Shown one piece after another: positions 1 through 12,807 of a DNA stretch of 64,000 nucleotides. Where the stretch lies: assembly GCA_013239625.1 (NCBI GenBank), contig MU054001.1, positions 3,946,167 to 4,010,166 on the forward strand, written 5' to 3'. Numbering within the stretch: position 1 is the first letter of the stretch; each line of letters opens with the position of its first letter. This stretch comes from Lama guanicoe (lineage: Eukaryota). The position numbers and the translations under genes were made by a program. A model generated the notes under the pieces. The model saw only the letters and a program-made list of their open reading frames with translations, did no database searches and had not been told where the DNA came from.

Positions 1-1199
1 CAAAGGACCCCTCTTCTCCCTTCTCTTTCCCTTGAGCCGCTCTGCACAGCTACAGTTGCCCACTCTCTCTCATCATTGCAAGAAGCCCGTGAAGGGGGAG
101 TCATTATCTCTATTTGACAGATGAGGAAAGTGAGGTCCACAACATCACCACCTAAGCATCAAATAGCAGGCCTGGGGTCCTGGTGTGCAATCCCAGAGGG
201 TCCCAGCTGATTCAGGGTCTACAAACAAGTGGGCAATTCCAGCTGGAAAATCAGCCCTGCTGACTGCTTAGAGTCTGGCACAGAGGAGTGGGTGCCTGTG
301 AATATTGATGGTACAAATGAACACCTGAAGAATGAAGAGGGACTTTCTTCTGAGTTGGGAAGTCAGCCCAGATGCCAGCTGCAGGCTGTGGTTGCCGGGA
401 GCCGGGAGCCAGTCTGCCCCAGCACGCAGGAACTTGCGTGCTACTAGCCAGAATGTGCGGAGGGGAACGGTATTTATAGTCAGATTGAAGGAGTGGCTTT
501 GGGGCTAAAAATAGACCAGTGGAAACACCAGGCTGGGTCTTCCCTGGACTGGAAACCAACCTCCTTGCTCCTTGGCAGGGGAAAGACACCAGTGAAGGCT
601 CTCTCTGGGGCTGGGGCACCCTCCCTGGAAATCCTCACTTCCTGGCTATTTCTCTTTTTACCAAGGGTTAAAGGAAAGCAGCATGCAGAATCAGAAAGCA
701 ATGACTGCCTGCAAGGTTCCTGTAAGGCCTCCGAGGTAGGGGGCACACCCTTTTTATCATCAGCTCATGAGGCTCCTCAGCCTCTTCTGAACCGGAAAAA
801 AGGCGGCGGCGACGGGGGGCTGAGTTCTCTTGGCCACTGCACATGTTAGAAGAGAGGGAGCTTCCAGCACGCCCCCGGAACCCAGCCTGGCTAGCCCAGA
901 GATTTAACAAATAGGTGCCTCCCCACAATTCAGTTCCATTACACAGGCTACTAGCCTGTGATGCTTCCCCTGTGAAGATAATGACATTGTAGCTGCCACT
1001 CCCAAACAGACTGGGAGGGGGGGGAACAGGGACTCCGCTCTCTGGAAAAACAGAAACTCCTCACAGAAAGCATTGCAGCTGGAGGGCACTAGTCGGGGTC
1101 TCACCTAAACCATCCCCTATCTCCCCAGGGTCCCAAACTGGGAAGGGTCTCCACTGCTTCTCAAACACCCAGGTCCCTCTGGGGGCTTTGCCTACCTCG

Positions 1200-1755
1200 A
1201 ATCCATTTTCCCTTCTCCTAATAATAGCACTTTGATTTTATTTTGTGAGCCAAATCCATCCTCCCTCCCACTTTCAAGCGATGTGACTCACGTGTCAAAT
1301 AACTTTCCCCTGACTCCAGAATGAGCACATGGCCCCAGAACTGGCCATTAAACACATCTTCACAAACTTATGGCAAAAATGACTGGTTCAGGACCAGACA
1401 TGTGACCCAGTCAAAGCCAGTGAGATTCAGTTCTGGAACTCCAGCTGACATTCTGAATTTAGGGGTGGAGGGTGGCTGCAGACAGCATGGCATATAGATT
1501 GAAGCTATTAGCCATTGTCTGGCTCCTGCCAAAAGGAGAGCCTGCCTGATAAAGAATACAGAGGTAAGAAAACTGTGAAGAATAGCTAGTCCTAAAGACA
1601 CTGAGCCCCTGGATCCAGCCATGCCTGAAGTCAGTGCTCCTGGACTGAATTTCAGTAACATGTGCCAATACAGTCCTCTTTTTTTGTTTGCTTGTTTTAA
1701 TTTATCTTAGTTTGTGCTGGAGTCCTGTCACACCCCAAAGAGTCTTGAATGATTA
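1200..1755 (+). mobile_element. Old ERVL/MaLR solo LTR (LTR33/MLT1K-like)
   Basis: Motifs gactggttcagg...catgtgaccca and gagcccctggatccagccatgcctgaag...ttcagtaacatgtgccaata, typical of this LTR group. Confidence 0.6.
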
Positions 1756-3018
1756 AAAGTCACTCACAGCTTCTTCCTCCAACCTGTTAGAACCTCCTCT
1801 AAATCACAGCCTAAAGGAGAGATGGCCTTTTTTCACCCAGGTCTCCCCTCTGGCAACCCTCCCTGTACTATCTGCAGAGAAGAAAACACTGAGCCCTGAA
1901 CCAGGACAGGGAGATAAGATGGCAAAGCTTCAGTTCTCCCTGGGAACACCCTGCAGCCCTCACGTGCTGGCCAGGGGGCAGGCGTGCAGCCAGCCATGCT
2001 AATCTCAGACCTCTATGCAGATCGGTTACAGGCCCCACATGACCTGTCCTTTTGGCCCCTGGCTGCAGCCCTGTCTCCGGATAAGCAGTTAAGCAGCCAC
2101 TGTACCAGTCTCCTCCATTTCCTTAAACACCCTGAGCGCCTCACTCTCCCAGGCCCAGGGCTGTCCCCCAGCTTGGCACGCCGCACAGCTCAGCACCCAC
2201 GTCACCTCCTCCAGGAGGCTTCCCTGCACACTCCCGCCCATCTCGGTCAGTCATACCACTCTGTTTATCTCCTTCACTGAACACATCCCAGTTTACAATG
2301 ATCCTGTGACTTTTTGGGCTCTGGTTCTCTCCACAGACCGTCAGAGCCACACAGCTTGAAACTGCGTCTGTGTAGTTCCCCACTCTACATCTCATGCACG
2401 GGGTTATGCTCACAGCAGATGCTCCGTGTGCAGACCCAGGCGTGGAGAAAGTGTGAGAGGAACACAGGGAGGACAGAGATGCTCCATGTGGGAGGTTTGA
2501 GAGAAGAGAGACAGGCATGACCAGGGAAGGGTGAGGAGGAACAGGCTTGTGAACAGAGCCAGCGGCCAGGGGAGGTGCTCATTCCTGCATCAGTGAGGGA
2601 GGCATTGCCTGGCCTTCAGGTGCCCAGCCCACCCCAGCTCCTGGGCAGCCTCGCCAAGGTTGGAAGTGGCCTGGGGTGGTCCTGGCCCTGTCCCAGAGCT
2701 CCGGGACCTGAGAGAGAAGGAGACAGGACAGCACTCCGCTGGGGCCCAGGCTTCTCTAGGGAGGCCTCGGGGCTCTGCGCCTCCCTCTTGCCCTGCTGCC
2801 CTGTCCCATCAGCAGGGACAGCACCTCGGCTGCCCTGTCCTCTCTGTCACCTCTCCCTTGCTCACAGGTCTCCCTGAAGCTCCCAACACCCTCGCTCCTG
2901 CCCTCCCCACCTGCCCTGAGGAGCTGGGCCGACTTTAGGAGGAGGGGAAGGGGCAGCAGTGGCGGGCACACTATGAACACTCCTGTGCCCGAGGGCGAGG
3001 CCTGGTGGGTGTGCTCAC

Positions 3019-3114
3019 CTCGCGGGTGACCTTGCCGTTGTTGTCAAAGTCATACAGGGTGAAGGTCCACTCCTGCCGGCTGTCCTCCTCCACAGACACA
3101 TCACACTGGAGCTC
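3019..3114 (-). CDS. NKD1: NKD1 coding exon (approx. exon 6), EFX/EF-hand region
   Basis: Encodes ELQCDVSVEEDSRQEWTFTLYDFDNNGKVTRE. Acceptor gtgtgttcag|GAG, donor GAG|gtgagc; 96 nt, phase 0/0. Confidence 0.97.
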
Positions 3115-3469
3115 CTGAACACACACAGGCAACAGACGAGCGTGGCTGGTCACCTAGCGGCTGGAACACCTGGAGGCCAGGTCACGGGGCTGCCACCTCC
3201 CTGCTGCCTTCCCCAGACCCCACATGAAGAGGACCATCATGACTGAGACATGACTGGCCTAGGAGAAGTGCCTGCCGGGGGGGGCCAGATAGTCTCTGGG
3301 TCTTCAAAGGCCAAGGAAACACAAGGGAGTGTCTAGGAGGAGGCTTTGTGGCCTCAGGAAGACTGAACTTGGACCAAGGGCTAAGAGCTGCTAGAAGACA
3401 CGGGAACAGTAACTCAGGGAGCCGTGGCGGCACTCCCAGGGAGGGCGCCTGAGCTGGGAGGCAGGAGAG

Positions 3470-3640
3470 GAAGAGCATTAAGAGCTAAAGTTCCAGAGTC
3501 AGCCCCAGGTGCCAGCCCACGCTGGACCCTCCACAGCCGCGTGACCTTGGGCAAGACCCTGCTCTTCTCCGTGCCTCAGTTTCCCCTCATAAATTATGGA
3601 AAATGTGGTATTGGCCTCCTGAGGTTGTTGGGAGCATAAA
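3470..3640 (+). mobile_element. MIR SINE fragment
   Basis: MIR core gtgaccttgggcaag...ctccgtgcctcagtttcccctcat. Confidence 0.7.
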
Positions 3641-4548
3641 CTGTGGTGCCGCATGTCCCCTCGGCCCCCTCTGTGTTCCCCTGTAGTGGTGGTGGGCAGG
3701 TCCTCGACCGCCCACCTCAAGCACTGGGTTTCCCTGTCCAATGGCCACAAAGAGTCAGGGACTGAATGCCCAGAGGCAACCTGAGCAAGGGAGGGGTTGA
3801 GCTGGGGGACACATCTGAGCGTGTTCTGCATGGCTCTCCGAGGGGCCTCAGCAGACGGAGCCCAGCTGCCTGTGACCCACTTACCAACCCCCATTACAGG
3901 CGTCCCTCCATCCCTACTCCCCGGGATCACCTCCCAAGTCCTGTCTCAGGGTCTGCTTTGGGGAAACAAGTACGTAAGCTGCTTGGCACAGAGAAAAGCC
4001 CAATTAACGGTGGCAGCTGCTATTGTCTTTGTTGGAACGATTAATACAACAATGACGTCATCTTCATCTCTCCCACAGCCTGAGGTGTCCAACCACAGGG
4101 ACCCGGAGTGGGGAAGCGGTGAGCTCCGTCACTGGCGGCACATACGCGGGGGCTGGCTGAACATCAGAGAGAAAGTGGCCAGAAAGGATGGACGTTTGCG
4201 GAAAGCGAATCCACAAACAGCCTTTAAGATCTACAAGTTCTATGAAAACAAGCAAAGACGCCCCCAGACCATCCTGTCCCACGTCCGTCTCCCCTTTGGC
4301 ACAAGGACAAGCTCAGCCCCCTAGAGAAGGGAGATGCCCAGCCTCCCAACGCCAGGGGTGTGAGCCCCAGCACGGCGTCCCTGCCCCCGGCTTCTGCAGC
4401 TCAGAGCCGCTTCCCTCCAGCAGTTCTTGGGCGGCCCATGCTGAGTTCAAAGTCAGCCTTCCCTCAGTTGTGACAAGCCTGTCTGATACCTGCCAAGTGC
4501 CCGCTCTGCTCTCCCGGGTACCGCTTCGTGCAGCACAGCACTCACCCC

Positions 4549-4634
4549 GCACATGCACACACACACGCACGCACACACATACATGCATGAACATACATAT
4601 GCACACATGCACACACACACACACACACACACAC
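4549..4634. repeat. Imperfect (CA)n microsatellite
   Basis: CA/CG/TA-interrupted dinucleotide run ending in a pure CA tract. Confidence 0.9.
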
Positions 4635-6374
4635 AGTGTTCACCTGATTCCTTCTCCCAGCCCCTCCACTTGGCTCCAAAGACAGCTTGGGTTAGAAGTT
4701 TGGAGACACAGGTTAAGTAACTACCCCATCTCCCGTGACCTGCGTCATGGGCATCTTGTCCACCCCCCGCCATCTGGACCCGTCAGGCGAGTCTTCCTCA
4801 TGGACCACGGATGAGTCACGGGTGGTCAGCCAGCCCAGCTTCCAGGGAGGCGAGATGTCTGGGTCTGGCCCTTCCCTCTGCTGCTGGGCTCGGCGCTCAG
4901 CTTTGCCAAGCATCCCCAGGAGACTTTCAGGGACCCAGGAAGCAGTGAGCCACCCCAGCTCCTCAACCAGACGCTACCTGCCCTGCTCGGCTCCTGCATT
5001 CAGGGCCCTCGGCAACCTGTCTTACCCCTTTTCCTGCTTCATCTCCCCCAGGCCCCCGCACACTCAGCCTCCTATTCCCACACAGCAGGCCCATGCTGGC
5101 AAGCTGCCGGGCCTTCAGTCCTGCTGTTCCCTCCACCCCAAGTGCCCGCCTCTTCCCAAAGGCTCCCCCGTGTGTCACCGCTTCCAACTCCTGCTCCTAT
5201 GCCAGAGGTTCAGCTCAGACACCTGCCCTCCTCAATCTCTGCTTGCAGCCACTGCTCCCTCTTCCTGGCCCCATCACTCTGCACCCCTTCGGCCTGACTA
5301 AGGTGAACCCCCTGCCCTCCCAGCCCCGTGCCCCCAAATCCCCATCACATCACCGACTGTGCAGTGACTGGGTCTGGGTCACTCATCTGTCCCCCTCACC
5401 GCACTGTGTTCCCTGAGGGCAGGAGCCACGCCCAGTTTGCTGCCGAGTTCCCTGGTACCAGCGGGTGTCAATCAACGTTGGTTGGAAGGAAGAAGGAAAG
5501 TGCTTACTCTGCACTGGATGCCCTTTAAGCACTTGAATGCCTTAGGCCATGGTGCTGATGGCATTCCGATAAGACAGATGTCATTACTGTCCCCGCTTCC
5601 CAGGGGAGGGGAGTGGGGCAGCAGCAGAGCTGGGAAATGAACCCCTTGCTGGCTCCAGAGCTCTGCCCTAGGGATGTCGTGAAGGAAACGGAGAAGGAAG
5701 GAGGGAGGGGAAAGGTGGGTAGGGAGAAGCCGGTGGCTCGGAGTGGGCAGGCCTGGGTCTCTCTCTTAGCACCTGGCCCTGTGCTCGGCACACAGGAGGA
5801 GCTTAATATACTATTCAGGGAGAGATGGGGCAGACTATGGGCTCTGGGTGGGCATGTCGCTTTTGGTGTTGACCCCCCGGGGAAACTGAGTACCCAGACA
5901 GAGTTAGGGACCTGCCCAAGGCCTCCTGCCTCCTGAGAGCCCCCACGTGTTCCCCAGGACAGCCTCGGGAGCTGGAAGGAAAGGTTTCTTTCACCAACGA
6001 GGAAACTGAGGCCCAAATAAGAAGGTGGTCCACCTAGCACTGTAGCAGCAGCACCAGGGCCAGCGTGCTGTCTCCCCTTGCCCACCCACATGTCCTTCCC
6101 CTAGACCACCAGGCCACTCCCCAGTGGCATCCCCTGGCCACCACCCCATGCTGAGAGCCTGAGCTGGGAGGGGAGGGCAGTGGAGCCCCCAGGCCTGCGC
6201 TGAGCTGGGGCAGCCCCGGTTGGGGCAGGACGAACCTCTCCCAGAAGGCAGCTCTTCACACAGGAGGGGAGGGGCCTTCCCATCCAGATAGGTCTCTGCT
6301 TCCCTCCTCAAAAAGCACCACCGGGAAGAGAAAACCCTTCTGTCCAGGGCCCAGCACCAGGAAAGGGAACTTAC

Positions 6375-6481
6375 TTCAAACTTCAGCTGCTTCTTGGAGC
6401 CCGGGCAGGATTCGCTCACCTTCTCCATCCTCTTCTCATCCCCACTGGCCAGCCCGTCTGTCTTCTCGGGAGGCAGGGCCA
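6375..6481 (-). CDS. NKD1: NKD1 coding exon (approx. exon 5)
   Basis: Encodes (V)ALPPEKTDGLASGDEKRMEKVSESCPGSKKQLKFE. Acceptor tcttcccctgcag|TG, donor GAA|gtaagt; 107 nt, phase 1/0, in frame with both neighbours. Confidence 0.96.
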
Positions 6482-7914
6482 CTGCAGGGGAAGACAAGGG
6501 AGAAAGTATGAAGAGGAGGGTCCCTCACCTCCCCACATCCAGATGCCAGACTGTGGGGCCACCACGCTCACTGTGGCTTTGTCCCGAGGACGTCCTCACC
6601 TCAGTGCTGGGGCTCGTTCCTGTCCTGCCAGTTTGCTGGAGTCAAAATCACTCTGTTCTCTGGCCCCAGTAATGCCCAGGGCTGTCCCAGGGGAGATCTC
6701 TCGCCCAGGGTGCCTCCTCACCAGATGCTCAGGTCACCCTAGTGGGCCCCTCTGTTCTCTGCCCTGACTTCGCAGCCCAGGAAAGCAGCCAGGGCAGTAT
6801 TGGGCTAAAGAACAGATAAATGAGGGCAAAGGGGTGCTTTTGGAGCCCAGAGGGAGCTTGGGACCCTGGCCATTTTCTGTAGTCGTGCTGCCTTCCATGA
6901 GGACATTTTGGCGTCCTCAAAGATGCCACCGGCCTGGGCCCAGCATGGCACACTGGTAGGAGGTCAGGAGGATGGACAGAAATGGAGTTCAGTGGGGTGG
7001 GTGCAGGGCACACACACGTGCACGCACGCACACGCGTGCACACAGACGTGCACACACACGCACACCACGGCATCTCCAGCAGCCTGCTCTCCCTGTGCCT
7101 CTCACTCTGCCTCTGCTCACCTAGAGGGCCCGCCCTCTGCCAACTGGGTCGAGCAGAGGGCTCTGCGGTCCGTGTGCGTCCTCCCAGGAGCAGTGGGAAG
7201 ATGGGCACGAAAGCCCATGGCCTGTGGACATCATTTTCCCAACAATACCCGCAAGAGGTGCCTGGGGGACAGCCCGAGGGAGCAGCCATCGTCCCTGAGC
7301 TAGGACTCAGTCCAGGAGGTCCCCACAAGACCCCTTCAGCCCCTTCTGCCCACTTTGTCTCTTCCTGACAAAGGGGACCTGAGTCTGACTGGGCATGTGC
7401 TTCTCCAGAACATCTTCACAGCTGCTCTCATTAGATTCCCTCAGCTGCCCTGGGGCAGTGATTCTGTTGTCCTATTTTCCAGGGGAGCAAACGGAGCCTG
7501 GCTCCCACTTGAGGAACTGTCCCCCCGATGCCCTACTGGGGTGGCCCAGGAGGATCATGTAAGGAGCTGAGATAGCTGGGCAAGGGCCCCAGCCATCGAT
7601 GGGCTTTCTTGGGAAGTCAAGGGCCTGAAGAAATGAGGCCACAAAAATGAGGCCAGGAAACTGGCGGTGGGGGGTGGCTTTGCCTCTCTCCCACCCCATC
7701 CCCCCACCACATTCACACACCCCAGCTTTGCAGACCAGGACCCAAGAGTGGCTGCTGGGAAAGGTATGGCCAGAGCTCCCCTAGTCGGGACTGAGCCCCA
7801 GCGTCCGGCTTGTTCCTGCCCTGTGGGCCCAGCAGTTATCCACAGCACTCTCCATGGGGCCCCTCCCACCATGGGGACCTCCGGACATAAAGATAAGGCA
7901 GTGATCTCACACAG

Positions 7915-8095
7915 AGCTGACTACGCTGTTTATCAACTCAGTCCTCACAGAAACCTTGTGAGGCAGTCACTATTATCAGCTCCACTTTCCAGATGGGGAA
8001 ACTGAGGCACGGGGAGGCTAAGCACTTTGCTAGTATATGATGGGGCTGGGACTGGAACTCAAGTGGCCTGGCTCATGCTCTCGACCACTCCACGG
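7915..8095 (-). mobile_element. MIR SINE fragment
   Basis: Reverse MIR core ccactttccagatggggaaactgaggcacggggaggctaag. Confidence 0.7.
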
Positions 8096-8139
8096 TGTTC
8101 CTGGCTTGGTTAAGGAGACTTGAGGCCTCTCGCAGCCAA

Positions 8140-8310
8140 CCGGGAGAGAGGTGAGTCTCTGCTTGGGTTCTGATCCCCTCTATGCTGTGTGTGGTCTTGG
8201 GCAGGTGTCTCACATAGGTGTCTCAGTTTCCCCAACTGTAAAATGGGGATGAGAACAGTCCTCTCCAGAGGCTTCTTCTGTGGATTCAAGGAGCTTTGCG
8301 GGAAAGGGCT
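8140..8310 (+). mobile_element. MIR SINE fragment
   Basis: tctcagtttccccaactgtaaaatggggatgagaacag. Confidence 0.65.
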
Positions 8311-10195
8311 AAGGGCCCAGGGCCAGCCAGCACACAGGGTCCAGCCATGAGTAGTAACAGTCTAGGGAATGACGTCCCCAAACATTTAAGCTTTCGGAAA
8401 TCAGGAAGCGGGTAGTTAAGTTTTCTAGAAACTGAGGCTTTGGGATATAGACCCCAAAGCGTCGTATCACATACAAACAGGCGGGGTGGGGAGCAGGACA
8501 GAGAGGGAGGACATAAAGATAAGGATGCTCTGGCCACCAGGCCAGACAGGCGGGGACAGGAAGGCCACAGCGGCCAGTGACTGACCAGGCTTCATCACAG
8601 CTCCCCTCCTGGCTGGGCCTGGGGACTGGGGCAGCCATGCCTGGGTGTCCCCTTCCTTCTCTTCACCTCAGGCACACCCAGTGGGATGCAGGGAGCCCTC
8701 AGCTCACAATGCCCCCATGGCAAGGCAACAACTCCCTAGAGCTGTCCAGGGGTCCAGCTAGAGACCCCGTCTCAATCACAGACTCAGCTCCTCCCTGGTG
8801 GCTTCACAGAATGAGGCCAAGGAGGACAAAACTAAAAGATCTGGCTCCTTGGAGACCCTCAGGATGGGGGACACCTGGCATCTTCATCCCTGGGGTGGTC
8901 GTCAGGGAAGGCCACAGATGCTGACCGCTCCTGGTGTAGTGGATAAACCAAGTCCAGCCTTTCCTGTCCCGCTCCCACGTGGCACCGAGCCCCAGGGAAG
9001 TCAGGTGGGAGATTGGCCAGTGACCCAAAGACAGCCAAGCATACGGCCTGCACCACCCGACCCCTCCATCTGAAATCTTCTAGTGTCCTGCTGGGCCAGA
9101 GCTGCTGCCATCACGGGAAGAAGAAAAAGAAAAAGAAGAAAGGAAAACAAAGGCCAGATCCATCTTCAAAGCTGCTGCCTCCTCCGCAGAGGTCCTGGCT
9201 GGAGATGGAAGCCAGCCAGGCTTACCGAAACCAAACTTCAAGTTCAAAGGGAAGTTATCAGAAAACCACCTTCAGGTTCAATGTTGCCTTTCAAGTTCCA
9301 CTTGATAAAACCCAAAGAAAAGAAACCTCTGTCCCTGCTCTCCTTCCCTGGAGCACCCCTCCTCCTGACACCCTCAGGTCCTCCCCTGCCTGCCCTCCTT
9401 CCTCCTCTCTCAGGGCTGGAGGGAAACATCCCCCTCCATCCCTTATCTTTTTCATGTCTCCTCCAAAGACCAAGGCACCCTGACCTGTCCTCTCTTAACC
9501 AGTGGGTCCCATCTCTCAGTCCATCCAGCTCAGATGTCCACCAGGGGCCCCTATCCTGGGGCCAGGCACAAATGGGCAGTAAGACTGGGGGCCACCTGCC
9601 TTGGGGTCTAGGGGCCATGAACAAAGACAGTCAGCACCGCTTTGCCCCCACCAAAGAGAGCCTTCCTCCTCTTCACTGTCCACTGCCCAATGGCCAGAAG
9701 AGGTATCAGAAAGCTATGCAGACTCCAATGCCAGGGCCCGGGGCTGTGTACATCCAAAGGTGAACCCTCTGAAACCAAACAACGTCAAACCGCCATCCGC
9801 CCCCAGCCATCCCTGTGCGGAACAGATCACCCTCCCTCCACCCCTATATCCTCAGGCTTGTGGGCAGGTGGGCGAAGGGTGAATGGGGGTCACTGCAGGC
9901 TGCCTGGGGCCAACCAGCCAGAGAAGAGCAATAGTTTTGTCAAGATGGGTTTTAGCAGTAGAGCCCGAGCCCTGCCCCTGTCCCTTACTCCTGTTCAGCC
10001 CAGTGATGATCTTTTGTGGGGCATAATTTCAGGGGGACTCCGATCATTCTTCAGTGGCCACAGTACTAGCACTGCTAACCTGACAGCAGGAAGGAAAGCA
10101 GTGGAAAGGGTAGGAGAAAAATGGAGGGAAGGGACAGAGTGAGGAGGAAGCAAAGCCCCTCCCTGCCTATGATGTACCCTTGGGTGACCTAGAGC

Positions 10196-10400
10196 AGGGA
10201 CTGGCAAACTACGGCCCATGCCAGCCCACTGCCTGTTTTTGTCAGTAAAGTTTTACTGGGACACAGTGACACTCACACCCAGTGTATGTGGCTGCTTAGC
10301 CAAAGATCATGGCTGAGTTGAGAAGCTGCAAGAGACCCTCTAATGCCCACAAAGCTTAAAATATGTACTTCCCTGAAAGCCCTTGACAAAAAAGTGTGGG
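10196..10400 (+). mobile_element. hAT-Charlie MITE (MER58A-like)
   Basis: Starts cagggactggcaaactacggccc...gcctgtttttgtcagtaaagttttactgggacacag, MER58A-like. Confidence 0.75.
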
Positions 10401-10779
10401 GATTGCGCCTTAGGTCAGTACAGCTCTGCACACCCACCAGCGTACATCCTTGACAGGCAGAGTGCATGCTGAACTTCACCTGCTGCTCACCTGCTTAACC
10501 AGAAACCCTTGTGCAGTACACAACCTGCCCAACCATACACAGTAGCTATGGAAGAAAGAAAATGTCAACTATGCTTTCTTGAAACCAAATCTTAGCTCAG
10601 ACAGGTTTGGAGCAGTGTGTGAAGTACCTTCCTTTGGAAGCTGTTTTCTGTCCCTCCTCTCATCATGGCCACAGCCATAGCCACGAGGAGCCAGCCGGCC
10701 GGCTGTGTTTACCAGATGATGGCTCTGTCCCACATTAGCTCCCAACCTGGCATCTCTCCACCCCCAGCAACTGCCAGAT

Positions 10780-11120
10780 TAAATGCATTACTTGACCATC
10801 TTCACCCAGCTCCCTTTGATGTTCCCTTCTCAAGCTTCAAAATACCTTTTGGAGGGAGATCAGACAGCATTAAACAGAATTACTAATTAATTAAGCAAAG
10901 TTAAATTTTAAACACTGTTTGTTGTGTTAGCCAAAAGCCTGAACAGAACAGACTTCTTTTCCTCCACTGAGATCAAAGACAGTCTCTTCCCTCTCCCCTC
11001 CCCCAGTTTAAAAAAACGGGGGTTGGGTGGGGTGGGGAGGAAGAGAGAAAGAAAGAGTGCTTGAGGAGCACTGAGCACAGGGAAAGTAGGAAATACCTGA
11101 ATGGGGGCAACTTTGATCAC
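10780..11120. promoter_or_regulatory. Candidate intronic Wnt-responsive enhancer (TCF/LEF motif cluster)
   Basis: CCTTTGATG 10813-10821, ATCAAAG 10972-10978, CTTTGAT 11111-11117, plus TAATTAATTA 10884-10893, in non-repeat sequence of a Wnt target gene. Confidence 0.5.
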
Positions 11121-11412
11121 GGGTGCCCCACGCCCACCCCCGGACCCAATGGGTGGCATCCGGGGCTCATTTGGGACCGCACGCTGGGAGAGCCACGGCC
11201 ACTTTCCTGGGACTGTTTACCCAGGCAAATAACAGCAACCCAGGGAGCAGGATGGCACCACCCAAACAGCGTGAGAAGAAGGGCTGTGAAATAAAACAGA
11301 CCCACCCTCCCAAGATCCTACCCTCCTGAGCTAGATGAGCCCCTCGGGGCTCTTCCCCCTGAGCTTGGGGTCAGGGTCATTTGGGGTCATTGGGAGACTG
11401 GCTCTGAGAAGC

Positions 11413-11570
11413 GGGCTATGCACTGTACAACTCTAGGGGGCGCCGTTCACATGCTGGCCATCCTAGATTTGTTTATTGCTTCTGACATTTTTCCGACAGA
11501 TGGCAGAAAGGTGTCTTGAGGAGGGGCCCTTTTTTCCAATTTGCACAAATGCATCTGTTGCTAGCAGAAT
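11413..11570. mobile_element. hAT-Tip100 MITE fragment (MER91-like)
   Basis: tgcactgtacaactctagggggcgccgttcacat...ccaatttgcacaaa resembles MER91 family sequence; subfamily uncertain. Confidence 0.5.
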
Positions 11571-12807
11571 GCTGTCTAAACCCATTCAGTCTAGCACTTT
11601 ATTCTGCTGTCCTCTCTGGGATCTTCTGATGGCTTCACAGGAGCCCACTGCATCCATGCAGCCAGAATGCACGTTTCTTGAGAGCTGGGACCTGGCAGGC
11701 TACTGCCCCTGGGGGTACAGCCCGTCCCATACATGCACAGAGCAGACACTCCATCTCCGTGTGCTCCACTGCACCAAATCCCACGGGTAGAAGGCTGTAT
11801 CACAAACACCGTGAACTCTAGCGTGATTGACATTGGGAACCGGCATGGGAAAGAAGGGGGTTTAAAAGGGGTAGGTCTCTTCCTGAATCCCAGACTTCAG
11901 CTAAAATCCCAACCCTGGATGATATCAGCAAGTGCCAGCTTACTTTAACACAATCCAGAAAGGCCTGGTTGATATTAAACTTTGGAAGAAGAGACAAATT
12001 TGAAACACGGTATGACTAAATCAGCCCCACCAAAGACCAGAAATGACTAATACTCAGAGGCGTGGAGGACACCTCTCTTATCCCAGATACCTGGCAAGTT
12101 CTTCTCAGTTGATACAACATAAGATTTAACACAAGCCAGAGCTTCCTGGCTGGAGTTTGGACACTCGCCTTAATGTATCCACAAGCCTTTCTAAATTGTC
12201 CACGTCCAGATTATCTGCTGCAAATATTTTAGTCTCAGAGTGGCTTGCCAGGATGTTTCTGACTCCCCAACCCTCCAGCAGCAGCTGTTAGAGGGAATGC
12301 AGATGAATTTCAATATTAGCCTATGCCAAATATAATTAGGAGGGGAAATCTGCCGCCCGTAAAAAGAGAAAGATATCATATGCGCATTCCAGGCCAAATG
12401 GTTTCTGGAGGCTCTCCTTGGGGAATGAGGGTCCTAAAGATACACATATCCGTTCATCCATGCACACAGCAACGGGCCATGCAGGGGATGCTCGTGAAGT
12501 CAGTGGGTACACACAGTATTTCATTAAGTCCTCTTAATAACACCACAGAGGGTGTTATGTTTTTTGCATTTTACAACAGGAAACTAAGTTTGAAAAACAA
12601 ACGTGATCGAGCCACATCCCTCCTGCTGTCTCTCAGTCCTGACTCTCCGTGGAGCTGCTTTTCTCTGCCAAGAAAATTTTCTCTGTCTTTCCAACTCCTG
12701 CTCATTCTTCAGGTCTTCTGTTGAAGCTTCCTACTTCTGAGGTGCACGCCTTCACGCCCTCAGGAGCCAGGTTAGGTTTCCCTGCTCAGTGATCCCTGGT
12801 TACCCCA

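Noticed and set aside
3112..3117. NAGNAG tandem acceptors (cag-GAG here, tag-GAG at 21682-21687)
   Set aside because: The distal site would be GAG, which is rarely used as an acceptor.
7915..8310. Oppositely oriented adjacent MIRs as a dsRNA hairpin
   Set aside because: The copies are highly diverged with only short complementary stretches, and such pairs are common.
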